Assembly (NCBI GenBank): GCA_951406725.2
Contig: OX597814.1
Location: 186,620,001-186,684,000 of the forward strand
DNA from: Octopus vulgaris
Taxonomy: Eukaryota
Direction: 5' to 3'
DNA length: 64,000 nt
Shown here: positions 23,969-37,267 of the stretch, piece after piece
Layout of the letters: each line of letters opens with the position of its first letter
Position numbering within the stretch: the first letter of the stretch is position 1
Notes under the pieces: model-generated
Database searches by the model: none
The model's input: only the letters and a program-made list of their open reading frames with translations
Told to the model about the DNA's origin: nothing
Made by a program: the position numbers and the translations under genes

Positions 23969-25862
23969 TACAATACATTTCAACGCTTCCAAAACAAACT
24001 TGTTTGTTTACATACGACGTATATATATAATGTGGGCAATATTTTCAATCGAGACGTTACAAGTGTGTCTGATTCTTCAAGTGCCTCAACTCAGATGATA
24101 TACTTATCCGATTGCTGACATTTAGCAATAGTTTCTTTCATTGTTTTGATATACCATTTTCCACCGTTATTGAAACTATGGGCTTTTTTTTTTTTAAACA
24201 CGGATATGCTAGTAATGTAAATAAATAAGAATAGGGAGAATGCTTAAGTGCTTTTTCATCAGTTATTTACTTTTTCTGTGAACCTGACAGTTTGAGGACT
24301 AGCATTGACATGACATGATGGAATGCAATTCTGTCGTTTTGTTTCTGCTGCTACGCTTGTTGTCGTTGTCTTTGCTGTTATTGTCTAAATCAGCTGAGCC
24401 CTGATTAAGCATACCTATGATAAAAGACATTCCGGCTGTGTCCATCCACCCTTTTTTTTTTTTTAAAAGATGATACCTCGAACAAGATTATCCACTGGGT
24501 CCTTCCGTCTTTAAAAAAATATATCAAAATTAATCCATCAAGTATTTTGTTAATTCGTCGCAGTGTACAAGGCATCAAGTTTTTTAAATTAAATATCTGT
24601 AGAGATTGTACATTTATAATATTTCAAATTATAACGATACTCAACATATTATATTAAGTATTAAACAATATTATATATTAATATTAAGTATTAAAAGTAT
24701 TGATGAAAAATTGTTTTAGGTTGTACTTCAAGTCTTCTGAACAAAAGGATTTTCACTGGTGTTTAGAATTCTGTCACCGCTATCATTTGATCATCAGCCC
24801 AAATCACAATTTCAAATGTGGCTGCAAGAGTGCATCCTATAAAACAAATCACTGACTGCGAGAATATTCAGGAAAATGCTACATCTGGAGAAACTGGCGT
24901 ATGTGCCATAATGAATCAGTGGGTCGAACCAAGTTCGACTGATTTCGTGGCGTACATAGGTCAGTTAGATTAGAGTTGATTTGAGGATTAAACAGCGTGC
25001 GGAGAAAGAGAGGGGAGGGAAGAAAGAGAAATTGAAATTAATGATGACGAAAAGCCTTGAAAGTATTTAATCCAGTTGGCACAGGCGATTCCACTTGATT
25101 GCAAAACGGATAATTGCATAACTTTTCAAAACAATAAATCGTTTTCGCATGTAATTAATGCATCAGTTTCAATAAATTATATCAATTATGTTCGTATTAC
25201 ATTTGTGTACATATACATTCATGTATGGATGGATGAGAGAGAGAGAGAGAGAATTCAAGAAGTTTATCTTGTATGTAATGAAATTGTCGGAAATGTATCA
25301 ATATTTGCGGCGCATGATGACTTATACGTAAATTACTTTAATTTCAGTTAACGGCACCGTAAAAAAAATTTCCGCCGGTATTTTGTAAAAAAACAACAAA
25401 AAAAAACGATCGTTACGAGTATGTAGTATAAAACTGACGATATGGTAGGAATATAATAGTCCTGGAAGATTTCATATTTATAACGAACTAAAGCTACAGT
25501 AGTTAGTTGTTCCTATTTATAAAAAGAAATTTAAAGAGTCAAATGTATTTAAGTCATTCTTACTATTTTAATGAATTAAAGACTATCGCAATTCAGATTC
25601 TGTAGTATGTTTATTGTATTTAAAATACATTAAACATAAAATTCTTCAATAAATGAATCTTCGTTGTTAATAAAAAATTTGTAAAAAGATATTTTGAATG
25701 ATGAGATGAATAGACGCTACATTAAGCTTGTACTTAACCCGGTCAATTCTTTCGTTAATCCGTATGACCCTAGTTGTTATCGGAAAGTATGAGCTTGGCT
25801 AAGCTTGGTAACTGAATTATATCAAAAGATATTATAAAACCTCATTGAGACGGTGCCCAAAA

Positions 25863-27174
25863 CGAGAGGGTACTCAAAGGAAACCGGAATTTTGCAATGT
25901 TATTTTATTTATTTGCTTTTATATGTTTACATTTTTATCGCTTTCAAAGTATTCTCCATTTCAAGCAATGCATCGGTCCAGACACGTTTTCCACTGTTAG
26001 AAGCAGTCCTGGAACTCTTGCAAAGTGATGCCTTTTAACGCTTCCGCCGTTTTTTTTTTTTTTCTTCACCTCTTCTACATCCGCAAAACGTTTTCCTTTA
26101 AGGACTTTTTTCATTCGGAGGAACAGAAAAAAAAAAGTAGCAGGGAGCAAGATTGGGTGAATAAAGAGGGTGGGTAAGTGGAATCATGCCATTTTGGTCA
26201 GAAACTGTCTCACATTCAAGGCGGTGAGCGCAGGCACATTATCGTGATGAAGTTACCACTCTCCACTTTGCAATAGGTCGGGCGTTTTCGTCTCACCGCG
26301 TCTCGCATACGCTTCAGAACTGCCAAGTAAAACATCTGGTTAACAGTTTGACCAGGAGGAACAAATTCTGTGGAAAATCCTTTTCTCATCGATGAAACAA
26401 ATCAGCATCATCTTGATATTGGACTTCACTTGACGCGCTTTTTTGTTTGGAGCTTGGTAACATTGAATGCTTCCATTGACTTGATCGCTGCTTCGTTTCC
26501 GGATCGTAGCCGTGGCACCAGCTTTCATAAATAGTGATGACCTTCGATAAAAGTCCGGATCAACTTCCAACTGTTCTTTCAGTTCACGACATGCATTCAG
26601 TAGTGTCTGTTTTTGATCTTCCGTGAGCAAGTGAAGCACAAATTTTGCTGCAACTCTTTTCATTCGCAATTCCTCGATCAAAATTCGTTGGCAGGAGCTT
26701 CAGGACACACCAGTCACATCAACAAGTTCATCAATTGTTCGGCGACGGTCCTCCAAAATCAGTCCAAAATATTTCGTGATGTTTTCAGTCCTTTGGAAGG
26801 TCGACGGTCGCCCTGAACGAGGTTGATCTTCAAGTGACAAGTGATCGTTCCTAAAGCGTGAAAACCATTCATAAACTTGTATTTTGCTCATGGCAGCGTC
26901 CTTGTAAGCCTGACAACTGTTTTGGCCGCCGTTTGCTCCAGCAGAAAATAGAATTTCAAGGAAACACGCTGTTCAATTATCGCAAAGATCGACGAACAGA
27001 GAAGAAGCACTATAAAGCAATGACGCACCGCGTGGCAGTACGACTACACTTGACGCCGCCGGTCGGCTGAGTGATGCCTGAGGGTCACATCAAGTGGCTT
27101 CTAGCGGCGAAAGTTTGAACTACATCAAGCTTGCCTCACAGAGAACGTTTCCGGTTACTTTTGAGTACCCCTCC
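25863..27174 (-). mobile_element. Mariner transposon, full-length but decayed
   Basis: TIRs cgagagggtactcaaaggaaaccggaa / ttccggttacttttgagtacccctcc-TA. Minus fragments VYEWFSRF..LEDQPRSGRPST, MKRVAAKFV.HLLT, KKVLKGKRFADVEEVK. Confidence 0.92.
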
Positions 27175-27631
27175 TATTTGCGACACTAATCACTGTTTTT
27201 TCTATATCAGTAGAGGCTAAATTTGTATTTGCATGCAGATATTAGTGGATGCTAGCTACTGATGACGCACAAAGACATTGAAATCTACATTTAACAACTC
27301 CATTGCCGCTGCTGCACGCTTTTCGTCAACAGCTGATATTCTGTGCTTATCAGCACAATATATCTAGACAGGATGCTTACTTGCGGCGAATACTGCAGTT
27401 GTGTGACGTTCTGCAGTAAATCCGCGTTAAGATATATATATATATATATATATAAGTAATATTTGATATTTAATTTAATATATGTTAATCTTTGGACTGG
27501 TTTTTCTAAGGAATTTTACTGATGAATGTGAAGCACTCAATACTAAAAGGTTAAGTTAATTATAAACTTAATTTTGACTGGAGCTTCAAGTTTAGTCAAA
27601 CCGAGGAAAATATTTTTTTTTAATGCTTCAT

Positions 27632-27890
27632 AATCATCATCATCGTTTAGCGTCCGCTTTCCATGCTGGCATGGTTTGGACGGTTCAACTGGGGTCTGGG
27701 AAGCCAGAAGGCTGCACCAGGCCCAGTCTGATTTGGCAATGTTTCTACGGCTGGATGCCCTTCCTAACGCCAACCACTCCGAGAGTGTAGTGAGTGCTTT
27801 TTACGTGCCACCGGCACAGGTGCCAGACGAGGCTGGCAAACGGCCACGATCGGATGGTCCTTTTACGTGCCAGCGGCACGGACGTGCCAC
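27632..27890 (-). mobile_element. SINE/LINE 3' portion with RTE-like tail
   Basis: Minus end gcatccagccgtagaaac...gcatggaaagcggacgctaaacgatgatgatgat. Confidence 0.75.
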
Positions 27891-28591
27891 CATAAAGAGA
27901 AAACCGGGTAACTCCGTTTTAAGAATCAAACGTTAAGGCTGTACTTTACAATTGTAGAGAGAAATCCACAAAAGAGAAAAATTCCGAGAGAAAAAAGTTA
28001 AAGATTACTGAAGGGAGTTTGAATATACAATGAAACTGAAGTCGGGGAAAGTCGATGTGGTCATTTCAGTATTGAAATTATTAGTTTTATTTCTATTGAA
28101 TTTATAGAGATCAAAAAAGCAGTGCGGTATATTAAGGAATGTGAAAATCAATATTTTGTGTGTAGTCTATAGGCATGTCTGTATGTGTAACGTTATAGTG
28201 TTTATATTTATAGGTATGCGCGAGAAGGATGTTCGAATGTATGTATCAAGCTATTTATGTGGATGGCTTTTTTTATTCTTTGAGAGGTTGACATTTTTGG
28301 TGAGGTTAAAATGGTTAATTAAATGAACAGTCAAATAAAGATTCAAATTTAAAGTTTCTTTAGACATATATTGAATGATGTATGTACTTCAATGGAATAT
28401 ATACTAAGATGTCGAAAATATGTAACTCGGAGTAACGGTTATTGAACTTTTCAGCTTGCAACAAATAGGTTTAAACTCTTAAATACGTTTTGCGTACTCA
28501 TTTTTCTCCTTGCTCGCATATTTCTTTGTATCATCGCATAAATACACACATACATACACGACATATTAGAATAATTTATTAATCATCATCA

Positions 28592-28625
<34 letters not shown>

Positions 28626-28644
28626 CATTATTATCATTATTATT

Positions 28645-28675
<31 letters not shown>

Positions 28676-28676
28676 A

Positions 28677-28890
28677 GGCGGCGAGCTGGCAGAATCGTTA
28701 GCACGCCGAGCAAAATGCTTAGTGAATTTCGTCGGTCTTTACGATCTGAGTTCAAATTCTGCCGAGGTTTACATTGCCTTTCATCTTTTTCGAGATCGAT
28801 AAAGTAAATACCAGTTAAACACGGGTCGATGTAATTGACTAGTTCCTCCTTCAAAATTTCAAGCCTTATGCCTATAATAGAAAGCATTAT
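28677..28890 (+). mobile_element. SINE family A, preceded by (ATT/ATC)n 28580-28675
   Basis: ggcggcgagctggcagaatcgttagcacgccg head and family body. Confidence 0.88.
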
Positions 28891-29959
28891 TTTTACATCT
28901 TTGGTTCTTACTACTTTATGTATGTGTTTCCAGGCAGAAGCCATCCCTATTCATTCTTATATTAGAGTATGCTTTGTTTTTAGATTCAAGAACATGTTAT
29001 CTGAATAATAATGTTCTATTGTAAATTGTAATTGTTTCTTGTTATCTTAACGCATTAAATCAAAGAGACACTGCTACATCCTTGACTACTGACAACTGAA
29101 AGAACTGAGAAAAGAAAAAAAAATGATGAATTGTTCGCAAGACTATTTGTATCTCAACTGAGAAAGAATTTGTCCGAAATATTTTCATTCGTAATTGTCT
29201 GTTTCGGAGGGAGATGTACGTGCGCACGTGTGTGTTTGTAAAACTAATAAATCAAGGAGCATTTTAAGACTCAGACTCTAGAAAAATATCAGCTTGTGAA
29301 TTGACTCAAAGATTTCATTTTCTAAATTTAGTCTGTCTATAATTGTATGCCTTGATAACAGTGCTAACCATTGGATAGTGGGAATGATAATAAACTGCCC
29401 AAGAATGTATAAATTGCGGCACTGCTTTAAGTAGTCACTTCGCTTCTATCATTTTTTCCCTTTCGATTAGCAGCTATGTAAAGCAAAAGCGATCAATGCA
29501 GGAACTTGTACGTGATCGCTCGATTCGCTAGAAATAGTAGCCTAATCTCTCCTTAATTACATCCTGCCATCAAAAAGGAAGGTTGAGGAGAACGTATCGG
29601 ATAAAGTAATCCGAGATAAAACTATATCCGAAAAAACGAGATGATTACGACTGGAATGTCGTTAATCACAGGCCTGTTCCATCAGAGTTAAAAAAAACTA
29701 ACTAGCCCCGACTACACACTGACTACTGAAAATTAGTCCATAAATTATATATTTTATTATCAACACTATATTAGTAAGTAATATACAGAAACATAGTTGA
29801 GTGAACCGATTCCAATATACAAGTGGGAGATTATTTTAGCAACCTGAAGGAAAAGAAAGGCAAAACCGATCTTAACGAAATTTGAAATAGAAACCAAAAG
29901 TAGTGGAAACTAAATACCGTGAGGCATTTCCGCAAAAAAGTCACACTGGAAACGTTTAA

Positions 29960-31400
29960 GTCCTCTTTTCTTTGCGGTACAATATATTACGAACATCCAG
30001 AGAGTAAACTGGCCTCTGTATAGAATTAACAGAATATATGCTTCCTGTGCGAGAGCTGATACTTTGGAAACAACAATTCCTGGAACCTGCTGTTGCTTCT
30101 TCCTCTTTTTCTCAGTTACTCTGAGCAGAAAGCTTTCAACGAATCTTTGTATCACGCGCATAATAACTAGACTTCCTGCCCAGCATAACCAATTTTATTC
30201 CTTTAATGTTTGCTTACACAATGGGGTGCACCTTTGGTATATCCTTGTGATCTTCGGGGGTTATACTGTTTCGTGTTAAGCCAGTTCTTTGTAACCTATC
30301 CGAAGAACTGTAGAATTCAAAATTTCCTGAAGGACTATGGGCTTCTCTTGACCTTTTGTTGGAGTTCATATTTTATTTTTTCCTCGAGACTTTTTGTTTT
30401 TTCTATCTCCGACAATTTGTTACTTCTATTCATTTTATGTTCACTCTATTGTAACAAGACGAAGGGTCTATGCTGTTAGTTTGTGGATGAGAGAGGGGCA
30501 TTTGTTTGTCGGCTTCTGGTATTGGTTATGAGGCAAGATTTTTGGCCGTTCCCAGAGTTGAAGCTAGTAGTGTTCTGGAAACAGCAAATTCTGGGTTCTG
30601 CTACTGTTGTTATTGCTATCCTCCGTTCGCTCTCTCCTCCTCTGTCATTTCAGTTGTACATGACAGAAAGCCCCACGATAAAGCCTACTACTACACAAAC
30701 CTGCACTATGAGCCTTATCGCTACGATAACACACTCTTCCAGAATGGTTGTTATCTTTGGAAATCATTAGGAACTGGATGTCCATGCGGAACTCTCTCGA
30801 CCACATCGATTTTCGTCACTTTGACAATCTATCCGTCTATACTGTGCTGCAAAAGTGACGATGAACCGACAGTCAGCGTCATTGCCAATGTCCCTTACTG
30901 CGATCCACTCATGTTTTGTGGCTCCAGCTTATGGGCAGTAATGTGACACTCCTATTTTATTTCTCTCTCTTGTTGGAAATCAAGCGCACGTTTCTGCATG
31001 CCTTGTTCCCATCGACGGAAACGACATCGTTCCACATCAGTTAAAATTTTCTATAACTATTTTTGGTGGCATATTACAAACTCTTCCATGTTTTGAAAAT
31101 CGGAAGTATATCAGTTTGCTTCTTGCCGTTTCTAGGATAAATTTGTCAGGAAAGGAGAAAGAATTTTTTTTTAATATCCCACCTCTCCACATACTTTTCA
31201 TTTTCGGAGAAGAAAGCCATGTCTAATAAGACTCACTGGCTGGTAACACAAGCAAACCTTTGTTGATGTCTGCATTGTAAAAAATTATGACGTTGCTATC
31301 ACCTAGGTCTGTGTTTACAAATGTATTGGTCTGTGGAAATATTTCTGCGTTTTTTTGGGGTTTTTTTAAGATTGAACATACCTGTAGTAGCTTGTTAAAC
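29960..31400 (-). pseudogene. Possible very old LINE ORF1/APE relic
   Basis: Only weak cues (IV*ANIKGIK near 30200, similar to an APE N-terminal motif; coding-like composition). Confidence 0.25.
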
Positions 31401-31623
31401 TTCTGAGCTTGATATCACACCGGCTCTTCATTGAAAAATATATAAACAAAACGCTTAAAAGTTTTTAACGATAAAAACTCAAAATATTTTATTTCTCTTT
31501 CAAACAGAGGAAAGAACAAAAATTTTCTTCTTACCTATGTTTGTATCCACAAGTAAAAACAAAGAAAAACATCCAATAATGAAAAGAATCCAAAACTTTT
31601 TTCCAGCTCGAACAAAACACGTC

Positions 31624-31675
<52 letters not shown>

Positions 31676-31709
31676 TATTATTATTATTATTATTACTACT
31701 ACTACTACT

Positions 31710-32180
31710 ACTCTGCGCGCGTAAACGAAAGAAGGGTATTGTAATCACTCATCTTGGTCTGTTTGTCAGTATGTTTGCAAAATTACTGGAAAACGGTGGA
31801 ACGGAATTTCACCAATTTTGCCAGAAATATTCATTGGGTGAGTGGTTCGAAATGATGAAATTTGTTTATCTTCAAATATACGTAAATACAAACATAGGTG
31901 TGTATCTGTCTGTGTGCGTGCGTGAGAGTATCGTTTATTTATGAGTTTATTTCTTAATTTCACCAGAGTGTAAATACCCATAATTGTGATACTTAAAAAA
32001 ATTTTTTTTTTAAACCGAACTTACAAATTTCCCGATAAGCAAGTTAAGTCAAACACCCTCAAAGTTTAATTCAGTTCAATTTAAAAGCACGGATAAGCAA
32101 TGCATTGTAAGCCACACTATAATCTGAGAAAAAATTCATCTGTGCGCAGGGTTAAGCATCGCAACTTCGATGGCTTTTTT
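31710..32180 (+). mobile_element. Helentron-associated (HINE/DINE-1-like) element
   Basis: Subterminal IRs ctctgcgcgc / gtgcgcaggg, gtctgtttgtc tract, 3' stem-loop catcgcaacttcgatg followed by a T-run. Confidence 0.6.
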
Positions 32181-32205
32181 TTTCATTATTATTATTATTA
32201 TTCAA

Positions 32206-33035
32206 GGCGACGCGCTGGCAGAATCGTTAGTACCCCGGGCGAAATGCTTTGCGGTATTTCGTCTGCCGTTACGTTCTGAGTTCAAATTCCGCTGAGGTCG
32301 ACTTTGCCTTTCATCCTTTCGGGGTCGATTAAATGAGTGCCAGTTACGCACTGGGGTCGATATAATCGACTGAATCCGTTTGTCTGTTCTTGTTTGTCCG
32401 CTCTGTGTTTAGCCCCTTGTGGGTAGTAAAGAAATAGGTATTTCGTCTGCCGCTAATTCCGCCGAGGTCGGCTTTGCTTTTCATCCTTTCGGGGACGATA
32501 AATTAAGTACCAGTGAAACACTGGGGTCGATGTAATCGACTAGTCCTTCCCCAAAAGATTTCAGGCCTTGTGCTTTTAGTAGAAAGGATTATTATTATTA
32601 TTGAGATAGCAGAATCTTTAGCATGCCGGGCGAAATGCTTAGAGGTATTTCGTCTGCTGTTAGGTTTTGAATTCGAATTCCGCCGAGGTCGACTTTGTCT
32701 TTCATCCTTTCGGGGTCGATAAAATTAGTACCATTTACGTACTGGAGTCGATGTAATCGACTTAATCCCTTCTCTCAAAAATTTGAGGCCTTGTGCTTCC
32801 AGTAGAACGGATTATTGTTGTTGTTGTTATTATTATTATTACGGCGTTGAGCTAGCAGAATCGTTAGCGTGCCAGGCAAAATGCTTAGCGGTATTTCGTC
32901 CGTCTTTACGTTCTGAATTCAAATTCCGCCAAAGTTGATTTTGTCTTTCATCTTTTTGGGGTCGATGTAATCGACTTTGGTTCTACTCCCAAACCTTACT
33001 GGCCTTGTACCAAAATTTGAAAGCATTATTATTAT

Positions 33036-33036
<1 letters not shown>
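32206..33036 (+). mobile_element. Head-to-tail array of SINE family A copies
   Basis: Heads at ~32206, ~32603 and ~32843 separated by (ATT)n; first copy is dimeric; followed by (AGT)n 33037-33183. Confidence 0.9.
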
Positions 33037-33114
<78 letters not shown>

Positions 33115-33115
33115 C

Positions 33116-33183
<68 letters not shown>

Positions 33184-34316
33184 TCTAACATGAGCCATGA
33201 CCATAAATTTTAGGGGAGAGCAATAAATTGACTCTGAGAACTTCACTGGTACTTATTTTATTATCCTCAGAATGATGACAGTCAACGTGCAACTGTGCGA
33301 GTAGTAACAGCAGTATCATAACAGACCACCAGCATTCCTATTACTGTTATATTTTTGCAACCCGCCTATCATTACCAAAATTAATACAATATCCGAAACT
33401 CCAATTCTCAGCAACCACCACTATTACCATACCCCAACAATCACTGCAGGTACCATAAATCACTACTACAATTGCCCTTACAGTCATCATTACTACCACC
33501 ATACATACTACAAATATATATATATATTCCATTCGTGTTGCCAGAATTTAAATAATGAGTTTTAATGACCGGAAAGTTTCCGATGGACGAAGGAAATTTC
33601 ATATGTTAACTGCACGTTAGATGATGGGTGGTGGAAGGTGGTAGTGATGTAAAGAATATGAAGTAGGCAGGGAATGTTTCTCAATGAAGACGAGTGGGTC
33701 AGGCAAATAAGGAAGAACGTTATTCTCCATCTGGCGAATCAATTTTGACTCAGACTGACTTGGTCTCATGTATAAGGAAGAAAGAAAAGCGATTTAAGCT
33801 TAATCGCAAAAACAAAACAGCCAGTGTTGGGGGTGGGGTGGAGTGGCGAAGATAAGAAAGCGGAATATTTTAGCAAGGTCTAGACTATAAATTGGAATGG
33901 AATTCAAAACAAGAGTGAGATTCCAGCTGATAGGTGGGGTCCTTCTTCAATTGCTTGGTTGTGTAATTACGAAGTTCGCTTAGCATCCACTTGTGTATCT
34001 TTCGTCGGTAAAGGAAGTAAATAACGACGGAAAACAGGTATTCGTTGAAGTATGTTGCACTAAGTCACACATGTTCCCTTATCACTTTCGACAAAGGAAA
34101 TGCAAAAAGCTGTAATGATTGGTCTGTTGGAAATGTGTAACCAATGCTGCTACTATTCACAAATTACAATATAAAATAAATAAAAATTATTAATCTTTTA
34201 TTCATTAACGCATGCTAGTCATAGCTGATCGATTCGTTAGTATTAGTGAATTGCCATACCAATTGAAGGATAGTCCAGATATTTCACATAATTATGGTTC
34301 TGTGTAATTTATTCAG

Positions 34317-34690
34317 GCGTAAGAGTGGCCGTGTGGTAAGTAGCTTGCTTACGAACCACATGGTTCAGGGTTCAATCCCACTGCGTGGCACCTTGGGCAA
34401 GTGTCTTCTACTATAACCTCGGGCCGACCAAAGCCTTGTGAGTGGATTTGGTAGACGGAATCTGAAAGAAGCCCGTCGTATGTGTGTGTGTGTGTGTTTT
34501 TGTCCCTCCATCATCGCTTGACAATCAATGCTGGTGTGTTTACGTCCCCGTAACTTAGCGGCTCGGCAAAAGAGACTGATAGAATAAGTACGCGGCTAAC
34601 AAAAAGTATGTCCTGGGGTCGATTTGCTCGACTAAAGGCGGTGCTCCAGCATGGCCACAGTCAAATGACTGAAACAAGTAAAAGAGTAAA
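34317..34690 (+). mobile_element. Full-length SINE family B
   Basis: tRNA head, CORE-like gcaccttgggcaagtgtc, internal (GT)n, tail atgactgaaacaagtaaaagagtaaa. Confidence 0.92.
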
Positions 34691-34868
34691 CAAGATCACT
34701 CTAAAATACATGGATCAGTTCTACAATGACCAGCGGCAATGTACTGGGCTTGGATTATCTTACTAACCACTAGTTGTACAATACAAAATATGGTATGGTA
34801 CAGTACCAGACTTAATTCCTTTTATGTTCTGAACTCGAATACCACCAAAAGTAGTATTTAAATTCAAA

Positions 34869-35283
34869 GGCGGCGAGCTGGCAGAAACGTTAGCATGCCG
34901 GGCGAAATGCTTAGCAGTATTTCGTCTGCCGTCACGTTCTGAGTTCAAATTCCGCCGAGGTCGACTTTGCCTTTCATCCTTTCAGGGTCGATAAATTAAG
35001 TACCAGTTACGCACTGGGTCGATGTAATCGACTTAATACCCATGTCTGTCCTTGTTTGTCCCCTCTGTGTTTAGCCCCTTGTGGGTAGTAAAGAAATAGG
35101 TATTTCGTCTGCCGCTACATTCTGAGTTCAAATTCCGCCGAGGTCGACTTTGCCTTTCATCCTTTCGTGGTCAATTAAATAAGTACCAGTTACGCACTGG
35201 GGTCGAAATAATCGACTTAATCCCTTTGTCTGTCCTTGTTTGTCCTCTCTGTGTTAGCTCCCTGTGGGTAATAAAGAAATAAG
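34869..35283 (+). mobile_element. Dimeric SINE family A
   Basis: One head and two copies of the body ending gccccttgtgggtagtaaagaaata. Confidence 0.9.
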
Positions 35284-36049
35284 TATTTGAATTCAATCCT
35301 TCCGGTTTGATAAAATAAGCACTAACTGACTGCACCTCTCCTACTTACTGTGTATGTATATGTAGGGGTGGGGAGTCTTATGTGTTGAAAATTGTTATTA
35401 TCCAAGAATTGTGCACAGAGAGCTGGTAGAAACAGTAGAACTAGTCATTTAATTTCATCTGTACATTCTGTGTTCAAATGCTGCAACACAAACTCTCACA
35501 CGGACGCGCGGTCACGCCCAAGCCTACGTACCAAAAGTAATTTCAACAGCTCTGTCGATTAATACAAACTTACCGGCAGCCCTCTTGCGCGCACGCGCAC
35601 GCGAGTGTGTGTGTGTGTGTTTATCTAAATCAGGTATGAGTAAACTTTTTCAAGAAGCGTAATATATAAATCATGGCTCATCATCAGTTGGCCCACACTA
35701 CTAAAAAGAATTCAAGATATTTCGTTAGGTGTGCATTCAGAAAGTCCTACGAGCCGCAGTTTCCCCATGATTTATCTAAAAGAAAGAGAAATAGATATGA
35801 AAGAGAATAATACAATGTGTTTTTACCAGGTAATCAGTTTCTACTCACATATTAAAATAATTATTTATATCATACCTAATCAATTATCTTATTTACTGAA
35901 TCAACAGCAGTTCATTATTAAATCAGATTACACATATCCTATTAAACGAAACTTGAATGAAATTTTTTACGCAATACACAAAACAGACATTTTTTGAAAA
36001 TTTATTTCTGAGAATCAGGACAAAATTTTAATAGTCCTCATACGTGACG

Positions 36050-36256
36050 CGGCGAACTGACACAATCGTTAGCACGTCGGGAAAAAATGCTTAGTGGCAT
36101 TTCATCCGTCTTTACGCTTTGAGTTAAAATTTCGCTAAGGTCGACTTTGCCTTTCATCCTCTCGGAATCGATAAAATAAATACCAATTGAACACTGGAGT
36201 TGATGTAAACGATTTACCCCCGAAATTACTGGCCTTGTACCAAAATTTGAAATTAA
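36050..36256 (+). mobile_element. SINE family A
   Basis: Family head, body and tail motifs. Confidence 0.85.
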
Positions 36257-36290
36257 TATTTCTCATGTATACTCCTACTTTCTTTATATA

Positions 36291-36695
36291 GGCGTAGGAG
36301 TGGCTGTGTGGTAAGTAGCTTGTTTACCAACCACATAGTTCCGGGTTCAGTCCCACTGCGTGGCACCTTGGGCAAGTGTCTTCTACTATAGCCTCGGGCC
36401 GACCAAAGCCTTGTGAATGGATTTGGTAGACGGAAACTGAAAGAAGCCCGTCGTATATATGTATATGTATGCGTGTGTGTGTTTGTGTATCTGTGTTTGT
36501 CCCCCTAGCATTGCTTGACAACCGATGCTGGTGTGTTTATGTCCCCGTTACTTAGCGGTTCGGCAAAATAGACCGATAGAATAAGTACTGGGCTTACAAA
36601 AGAATAAGTCCCAGGGTCGAGTTGCCCGATTAAAAGGCGGTGCTCCAGCATGGCCGCAGTCAAATGACTGAAACAAGTAAAAGAGAGTAAAGAGA
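36291..36695 (+). mobile_element. Full-length SINE family B
   Basis: Same structure as 34317-34690. Confidence 0.92.
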
Positions 36696-37267
36696 GTTAT
36701 ATAGCTTTCAAGTTAGGGTGGTGTCATATCTGGTAGAAAAGTAACGGGTCACACGCGACTCACATATTTCAGACTTTTGTGGAAGTAATATTGCAAACAG
36801 TCAAAATTAAATAGACCAAAAGACATCGGTATCTGACTTCAAGAAAATGTAAGCAATAAAAAATTGCTCTATAATCTGACAGTTAGCAACTGTACCTATT
36901 GCAGCAGAAAACTAAAAAGAAAAATTGGACTATCTGTAGTTTTCGGGAGATAAACATATCTAGAACTTCAGAAGGCCTTAAATACTATAAAAAAAAAGAC
37001 AAACGATAAAACAATTTAGTTATTATTTAATCGACACGTGTGAAAAAGAAATGTCTTTAAGGATAGTCTGGGCGAGATGTGTTAACTAAAAGCCAAAGAA
37101 CTTTAAGTGAGTATATTTATAATTACCTCGAGCAAATTTAACTTTCAAACAGAACATTTAACGACGAGTTCAGGAGAGTCCATTCTTAAATGATATGTAT
37201 ATGCTTGTGTACGGGCGACCGTGATTATGTGCCAATCATATTTTTAAGATTTTTTTTTTTTTTTAAA

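Noticed and set aside
24735-24900. KCGCKSAS.KTN Cys motif as a possible host exon
   Set aside because: Interrupted by stops with no clear splice sites; more likely a decayed transposon CXC-type fragment.
31624-31710. (AAT)n immediately followed by (ATT)n, forming a palindrome
   Set aside because: Abutting simple repeats; no evidence of function.
32206-33036. Regularly recurring motifs resembling a CRISPR or satellite array
   Set aside because: Tandem SINE copies in eukaryotic DNA; no unique spacers or cas genes.
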